A stretch of DNA of 64,000 nucleotides from Macrostomum lignano (lineage: Eukaryota), in contig NIVC01002014.1 in assembly GCA_002269645.1 (NCBI GenBank), positions 149,148-213,147 on the forward strand, written 5' to 3'. Positions 56,853-64,000 of this stretch are shown here, piece by piece. The translations under genes and the position numbers were made by a program. The notes under the pieces are model-generated. The model worked only from the letters and a program-made list of their open reading frames with translations. It did no database searches and had not been told where the DNA came from. Position 1 is the stretch's first letter, and each line of letters starts with the position of its first letter.

Positions 56853-57864
56853 ATGTCGCACGGCACTGTCAACTCGCTTCTGTCGCTGTGTCTCTGCCTT
56901 CCTGCCTTCGGTCTCGCCCAAGAGTCAACGAGCAAAATAACGGTCTGGGATAGGTGGTTCGACAGTCTGAGCGAGTACTCGACTCTGCTGAGCATCTCCG
57001 TTCCCAGCAATGTCTTATGTCTGATGAAAGCCAGTCTGAGTACCGCGGACGCCGCTGACTTCTCGGAGGAGGACGGACTGTGCCGCCTCTACCGGTGCCG
57101 ATGGGGGCCGTCCGGCTGCAGGAAGTGCCGATACGTCTCGCAGGGAGCGCGGCTGTGGGTGAGGCCAGACGGATGAAAATTCAGTAGCTGTGCTGCTGAG
57201 GTTTGGGTAGCTGGGCATTCCTGACCATTGCGGTCATTTCGCTCTCTCATTTCAGCTCAGACGGCCGACACATCTGGACCGAAAGTTCTGTTGGCGCACC
57301 TTCCAGCACCGCGTCGACGGTTCCGTGCGGTTCGATCGCAACTGGGCCGAGTACCAGGCCTCGTTTGGCCAGGACGAGCACCGCAACTTCTGGCTGGGCC
57401 TGGACACCATCCACGCCGCCACCGAGGATGGACTGCGCCGAGTCCGCTGGGAGCTGAGAACGTGGCAGGACCAGCCGTTCTGGGCCGAGAACGAGCGCTT
57501 CCTAGTCGCCGGCTCCGACAAGCTGTACCGACTGCTGCTCGGACCGCTGGAATCGAGCCTCTCCTCGATGGGGCAGTGCAGCTTCACGGACATGAAGTTT
57601 CTCAACAATCAAAGCTTCTCCACATTCGACATGGACAACGACAACAGCAGTGTCAACTGTGCGCGAGTGTACGACGGAGGCTGGTGGTTCAACAGTTGCG
57701 CCTGCTTCAACCCGAACGGTCTGTACTACCAGTACCCGGATGCGTACAACAAAAGTGCTACGGACAGCCAGGGGATCTACTACTTCTGGCCGGGAGCGCC
57801 CTATCCGTTTCGCTATGAGCATTCAATGAAGGAGTTCGAGTGTCTGTTCACGGATTTTATTTAA
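56853..57864 (+). CDS. Secreted PAN-like + fibrinogen C-terminal domain protein (FReD), 304 aa
   Basis: Exons 56853-57158 and 57256-57864 (phase 0). Signal-like LLSLCLCLPAFGLA; CLMKA...ADFSEEDGLCRLY (PAN-like); FQHRVDGSVRFDRNWAEY..FG...NFWLGLD, FSTFDMDND, CA..YDGGWWFNSC...NPNGLY. Confidence 0.92.
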
Positions 57865-58856
57865 TGAGCCACCTTGAGGAGATTTCGGTCGCTTATCATT
57901 TTTGATGCATGAGCAGAACATTTTATCTTTGAAAAATCGGGCCTCTGCAGTGTACGCTCGTACTCGTATCTCAGTGACTGAAAACCTTCAAAATTTATTT
58001 TCGATTGCAGCTTCACTTGCCTCTCTAAAATATATACTCTTGTAAGGCAATACTTCAGCCAAAAAATTATTGCATCCGCCAGCTTGTGCTTCAGTATCCG
58101 TGAAGACTGAGCAAGGGTAGCGTCAGCTCGAGACGGGATTGGGTTAGGAGGTGTTGTCTTTGCTGGTTCCACTGCTGTGTGAATACGACCAGATGATAGT
58201 TAAATGTGTGATACTCTCGTATAACGATAAGCAAATCGATCAAGAGGTCCGCAGACCGGAGCTCAAAACCTTTATGTAGTTTTTTCTGCTCTTCGTACAC
58301 GGAAGAAGCAAATGAGCCTGCTTACTTGTAATGACTATGATGAACTTGACTTGATAATTTAGAGTTTATTTTTGCGTGCATCGTGAACTGAGAAAATAAA
58401 GGTAAAACATAAACAATATACAATATAGCCATACTCGTATGACATGCAAACGGGTAGCAAAAATCAACTCATTCTTCGACCGCCGGGGGTTCTTCATCGA
58501 CCCCCAGTTGATTCTTCATCAACTTCATCGTCATCAGTGAACTCTTTCAGCATCAGTTGCAATGAGTGCAAACAGTAGTGCTATTAATATAAATATTACA
58601 ACGAAACGTTAATGTTACTTTTAAAACCACGAGAGCCAGAGAACCGTGATTCGAAAAGTATATTTTTAGTGTGTGCAGTGCCTCTATAGACAAAATAATT
58701 TATACCGTGTTGGTCCATCAATAGTAGAAACGGTCTTAGATTAAAGAAATTGAGGTGAAGAAAAAAGTTATAATCTTAGATTAGAGAGTTTTCAATTGGT
58801 CAAAGATGTTCATCATAGCAGCCTTTCTACCCATAGGAAATACCGGAGATGGCGAG

Positions 58857-59340
58857 TCACCCAAAACCACCTTTAAGAACGCATCTACGGACTCTCGAGA
58901 CATCGGCATTCGCAGTCGGCTTCAATGTTGCATTATCCATCAGATCACAGGTCAGGAGCAGCCGGGGTTGAGGCGACAGTCTGCAGCTGCGAAGCCCGGG
59001 AAACCGGAGGAGCTCGGCTCGACATCCGGGATCGGAGTTGGCCGAGTAGCGGCTGCGGCGGCTCCTGTCCGAGCGGCAGAGCAGCGCGTCCACGAGCTCG
59101 TCTCGGAACTTTTTGCCGCTGAGCACGTACATGAAGAAGTTCATCGTGTGGTTGGAATACACCAGCACGTCCGTTGCTGCAGAGGCCAACTCTTGGCAAG
59201 CTGGAAACGGACTGTAGCTCGGCCAGTACGGAGCCGAGATGTACATTGACATGCTCGGCGTGATCAGCACAACGTACATCAGCGTCACCAGCAGCATCAT
59301 GCGGGTCATGCTGCTGTTTGTGTCATCGGCCGACTGCTTT

Positions 59341-59372
<32 letters not shown>

Positions 59373-60194
59373 GTGGCCCTCCTGCATGGCCTGTCGACGC
59401 TTCCCCGAGAGCAGCAGCTGCCGGACAATCAGGGCGTTGCTCACAGCGATGACCAGCAGCGGCCCGAAGAAGTAGGTGCTGAATCCGAGCCAGGTGCGGA
59501 CGTAGTTCTCGTAGAAGTCGAACTCAACGAGCTGGCCGCATTTGGCGGTCAGGGCGGGCGCGAGCGAGCCGGTTCCGTTGGCCGACGCGGCAGGACGGAG
59601 CTCCCAGCGCTCACCGCGGCTCCACAGCGAGCTGAGGTTCTTACCGATGCCGAGCAGCGTGATGCACAAGCAGATATTTCGGGCCCGCGACTTGCTGCAC
59701 CTGCATGCAAATCAAATTAGGAAAATTAGCGACTGTTGCTTTAGACGATGTTTCCTTTGCAGTTCGGCAATGCTAAATCGCTCATTTAGCTGCTCCCAGA
59801 CTCACCACGTGCCAGCCCGGAGCGGCAGCTTCACGATGACCAGCCGGTCAACAGTGAGCATTGTGAGGCACCAGATGGCCAGGTCTCCGCAGCCGAACAA
59901 CAGAAAGCGGTGGAGCTTGCAGGTAAAGTTGCTCAACTCTTCGAAAGCTGCGGCTCCGACCGCCCACTGCTGAACGACTCTCGGGCCGAGGCCCACCGTG
60001 GTGGTGGCCGTGTCGGCCAGGGCGATGAAGCGCAGGTAGACGCTGACGCTGTTGTCCCTCATGGCGGGCCTGGACAGCACCAGGAAGGAGAGGCAGTTCC
60101 CCAGCCAGCACAAGCTGAGCAGCACAAGCGGCGGGTACTTCCACAAGACGCTGGCCGCAGCGCGAATTCTCGCATCCAAGTCGCCGTCCATCAT
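58857..60194 (-). CDS. Class A (rhodopsin-like) peptide-type GPCR, 410 aa
   Basis: Exons 60194-59806 and 59700-58857 (phase 2). LGNCLSFLVL, YLRFIALADT, C in TM3, TVDRL (DRY-like), polyQ in ICL3, NHTMNFFMYVLSGKKFR. Confidence 0.93.
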
Positions 60195-61871
60195 CAGAAA
60201 GCTGCAAGTGGACGAGTTGCGCGAGTCTGTTTGAGGAGGTTATTTAAACCTTCAGAAACTGTTTATAAAATGTTTGGTTGAGCAAACTAAGCTGAGACCA
60301 TCAGGACTCGACAAGATGAATGCATAATGCATGCGTCTGGGAGAGCTCTGCGTTGCTGGTGGGAGACACCGAATAGCGATGGAGCTTTCAGGTAACTCTT
60401 TTTAGCTATTCTATTCTATTCTATTTACAGAGCAAACCCGAGGAGCTTACAGCAGCTGGCCTCCTGCAGTTGGTGAAGTCTTCACTTGAGCAAGCCGCCT
60501 GAGCTTTCCCAGATTGCAGGGCTCGCAACTGCAAAGAGCCCGTGAGAATTTTATAGTCTCCCACAACCGGCTGAAATTCGACACACAAAAATTCGGCTGA
60601 ATTCTTCCTTGGAATTCGATTTCCACTACGCGATTCAAAAATTCGATTTTACGAGCTAACTTTTTTTGACCACACCCGAATTGCAGACTTCTAAATCGCA
60701 TCAGGTTGCTCAGCTTCAAAGAGGGAAATTTATCGATGGTGGCTTTTCAAAGGCGGAGTAGCGGCCCATTGTCATGAGGAAGGGATCAATCGTGGCTCAG
60801 CTCGATATTCAGAAGCCGGAACTCAAACTGTTTAACTGAATTTTGATTTTTGACTTTCCGACTAAGTATAACCTGGCCATGATTCGAACGGTGTTTGGTC
60901 CTTGCGTGTTTTCTTCGAGGTGTCAGCTCATAAGAGTAAGATTTGCTGCCGGACTGCTGCAACACCTTGAAAAATTCTGTCCTTTCCGCTGACTCCGGAG
61001 AACATACGAATACTGTACGCAGACACGCACTCACGCACACGCTCACCCAGGATGTACAGCGGTCCTGACTTTCTAACCGTCAGGCATGTACACTCTGTGA
61101 CTTGGGTTTGAGAGTCGGGCACGTTTACCGCTGAGCTTCTTGGCCCTGGGCTGAATGGCTTGCAGTTTTCTGAAAGCGGAGGACACAGCCGCACACGGCT
61201 AACCTGCGTTTTTGTGCCAAATTTCGTAGCTTACTTTTCCTTCGTCACGGATATCATTCCCTAACTCTGAATTCTCGTATTTGGCCTAACCGCAGACGCA
61301 GCATGATTCTGTCCCGGCCACAATTCGCCACCCCGCGCTTTGACTTTGGCCTCCGCAACTTTGCTCAGTGTCGGGTGTCAATCGTCCACCGTATCTGCTT
61401 GTTTTTTAAGCGCACTGTTGATTTATCCTCTTGGGTAAACAGCAACTCAACAGTTGTAACCCATTCGTGCGATGTTCAAGTTCATACAAGTTCCTGGTAT
61501 GGCATTTTGCTTGCAGCACTGTCTACAGCACCGCAGAGTCATCTGACGAGAGTCAGCTGATCCCAGCAATGTCAACTTTTATCCGAGCAGCTTGTGCGGC
61601 TCTAGCGCGGCTGACCTGCGCTCAAACCCTGGATTTTCGTAGAGGCCAGTGATTCGTTACATGTGCAAGCGTATCTGTTTTGACGGTAAAGAGTAACGGA
61701 GAACTTCAAAAGCACCGGGTCCAGGTTTTTGTCCCAGTTGAGTAGTCAAGGTCAGGTGGCCTCGCCTCCACCGAAAATTTTCGAATGAGTTGTAAATTGT
61801 AAAAAGTAAAAAATTGTAAAAAAGAAAAAAAGAAAAAAATGTAAAAAAAATTTTTTGTAAAAATTGTAAAG

Positions 61872-61885
61872 AGACAGACAGACAG

Positions 61886-61923
<38 letters not shown>

Positions 61924-61951
61924 GGACAGACAGACAGACAGACAGAAAGGC

Positions 61952-61987
<36 letters not shown>

Positions 61988-62019
61988 GGACAGACAGACG
62001 GACAGACAGAAAGGCAGAC

Positions 62020-62098
<79 letters not shown>

Positions 62099-62235
62099 AA
62101 GGCAGACAGACAGACAGACAGACAGACAGACAGGCAGGCAGACAGACAGACAGACAGACAGAAAGGCAGACAGGCAGACAGACAGACAGACAGACAGACA
62201 GGCAGACAGACAGACAGACAGACAGACAGAAAGGC

Positions 62236-62278
<43 letters not shown>

Positions 62279-62283
62279 AAGGC

Positions 62284-62344
<61 letters not shown>
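61872..62344. repeat. (CAGA)n microsatellite
   Basis: GACA tandem array with GGCA/GGAC variants. Confidence 0.97.
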
Positions 62345-62346
<2 letters not shown>

Positions 62347-63497
62347 GCACTAAGTTTGTGTACAGCGACCCAAAGTCGGCATAGATGACGGTACCACATA
62401 GATGTCATGAGAGCAAAATACGCTCATATTTACTATGAAATATGAAATGCAGAAGGTATATTTTTTGCAGCGTTCAAGTCTCAATTTGAAAACAGATTCC
62501 GAAACTGGAGTTCATACTTGGGTCACATTGGGTGAAGGCCGCAGCTGAGATTCAGAATCGGAGCTCGGCAGAGCTGCTTGGCTTTCTGCAGCCTGCGCAC
62601 CGAGCCTCCCACTCGCAGCGGTGAACAATGGGTCGAGAGTGATGTCGACTGCAGCTGTTTCAGAGCTACTTTTAGCTCTGATGAGGCCATCTTCGTTTGA
62701 GTTTACAACTCAAACCGCCCACCCCGCCTTGCCCAGCTCTCCTCTCTTCCACCGCATTCTCAAACCGAGTCTCAAACAGCTTCGCACGGAGTGTACACCG
62801 GTTGAGCACGGAAAAATGACAACTCTCTGTCTTTGAAAAGCGGCGCTAGCGTAAAGGTGCTGGCAAAATTGAGTTTGTCCGGCACAACAGCAGTTGCTTT
62901 CAGCGCCTCTGCGATTTTGATTCTCGCGCGCGGTCAGACAGTCAGCCATGGGACACAGCCACAGTCGCGACGGCATGAAGAAGGTGCAGGGCGAGTTGAA
63001 ACGTAAGTCACCGACCAGTATCCGCTGGTCCCTGAGCACGAATACGTTCGCAGCGGCACGCTCACACATGGTGTGGAGGGGTCGGCAAACTCCGACCCGC
63101 AGGCCACGTGCGGCCCGCAAAGCCTCTCTATCTGGCCCTTGGTTCTTTGAAAATTCACAATAGCAATCCGGCCGCTCAAGGTCCATGTCTCTGCTCAGCT
63201 CTCTTTTCTCTCCTCTCCCTTCTCTCCTCTCATTCTCCCATTTCATATTTCCTCTCCTCTCGTCTTCTCACTTTCCTCTCGCCTCACCTGTCGTCCCCTC
63301 GCCTTTCCTTTCTCCTATCTCTCATCTCTCCTCTCTTCTCTATTCTCTCTCCTCTCTCCCCTCCTCTGGCCCGCAGTCATGCGCTGGGTTCTCTATCTGC
63401 CCTTGTAGTACGAGCGTAAAAAAGTTTGCCAACCCTAGAAGTTTGCCTATATCCATATGCTGCATCTATAACTAGTGCGTCACCGCCTGCTTTCCAG

Positions 63498-63838
63498 TCT
63501 CCGAAGCGAGACAGGCGACATGATGAAGCGCTTCTTCCAGTTGACCAACAACAGGACAGCCTGTCGCGGCATCAGTTTCACGAGACCATCAAGCGCTCAC
63601 TTCATGGCCAGCCATTGTAAGCTTGATGTTGGTGTGGGGGATGGTCTTACAGGAGATGGGATCAGCAATTATTAGCCTTGAAAATGAATTCCCCATATGC
63701 CCTCCCATCAGCGACAAGAAACTGTGGGACTCCGTGTTCGATATGCTGGACCTGAACAAGGACGGCAGTATCGACTTCTACGAGTTCTCCATCTCCATGG
63801 TGTACAGCTCGAAGCTGCGATGGAGAAGAAAATCGACT
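63498..63838 (+). CDS. Partial EF-hand protein (NCS/calcineurin-B/calaxin-like)
   Basis: Exons 63498-63616 and 63712-63838 (phase 2 join). LSRHQFHETIKRSLHGQPF|DKKLWDSVFDMLDLNKDGSIDFYEF contains a canonical EF loop. The gene continues beyond the window, its start was not located, and indels are possible. Confidence 0.75.
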
Positions 63839-63864
63839 GTAAGTTCATTTCTGGACACTTGCGT

Positions 63865-64000
63865 CCCTGCAGTGTTGTCTTCAATAAGTTCAATGGTCCC
63901 TGCAGTGTTGTCTTCAATGTGTCCTGCAGTGTTGTCTTTAACTTCGTGTCCCTGCAGTGTTGTCTTCAATAAGTTCAATGTGTCCCTGCAGTGTTGTCTT
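63865..64000. repeat. Intronic ~33-bp repeat TCCCTGCAGTGTTGTCTTCAATAAGTTCAATG
   Basis: Tandem copies running off the window end. Confidence 0.85.

Noticed and set aside
60780-61650. YqaJ/lambda-exonuclease-like relic accompanying the SWIM-like ORF
   Set aside because: Only vague resemblance; the catalytic ASPDG/EIKCP motifs were not found.

Overview
Animal (metazoan) genomic DNA. GC-rich exons are separated by introns that each carry their own tandem repeat, a style strongly reminiscent of the flatworm Macrostomum lignano (inference from style only, not a database result). I built gene models by hand by checking splice sites and phases. They are: a divergent PCF11-like gene (+, 8829-13735); triosephosphate isomerase (+, 15580-16759); a ~2,200-aa NWD-type DUF4062-NACHT-propeller protein with an unexpected C-terminal Dpy-30-like motif and a tandemly duplicated penultimate exon (-, 17785-34648); a WSC+PAN secreted protein nested antisense in one of its introns; a caspase-fold protease with a DACRG motif (-, 39623-42043); a divergent flavin amine oxidase (+, 45893-49211); a small cluster of permuted papain-like (H...NC), tail-anchored genes, one of them exon-shuffled (-, 50872-55937); a PAN+fibrinogen-domain protein; a class A GPCR; and the start of an EF-hand gene. 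Mobile DNA includes a Merlin element with TIRs and an 8-bp TSD, hAT-type and Kolobok-type MITEs, a foldback MITE, an RTE-like fragment, and an intact tyrosine-recombinase (Crypton-like) element. In that element, an internal segment is the reverse complement of its own end-to-end junction, like a DIRS-type ICR, but there is no reverse transcriptase. This is the most striking candidate for an undescribed mechanism. No rRNA, tRNA or CRISPR array could be supported. Most long ORFs in the supplied track over repeat arrays are artefacts.
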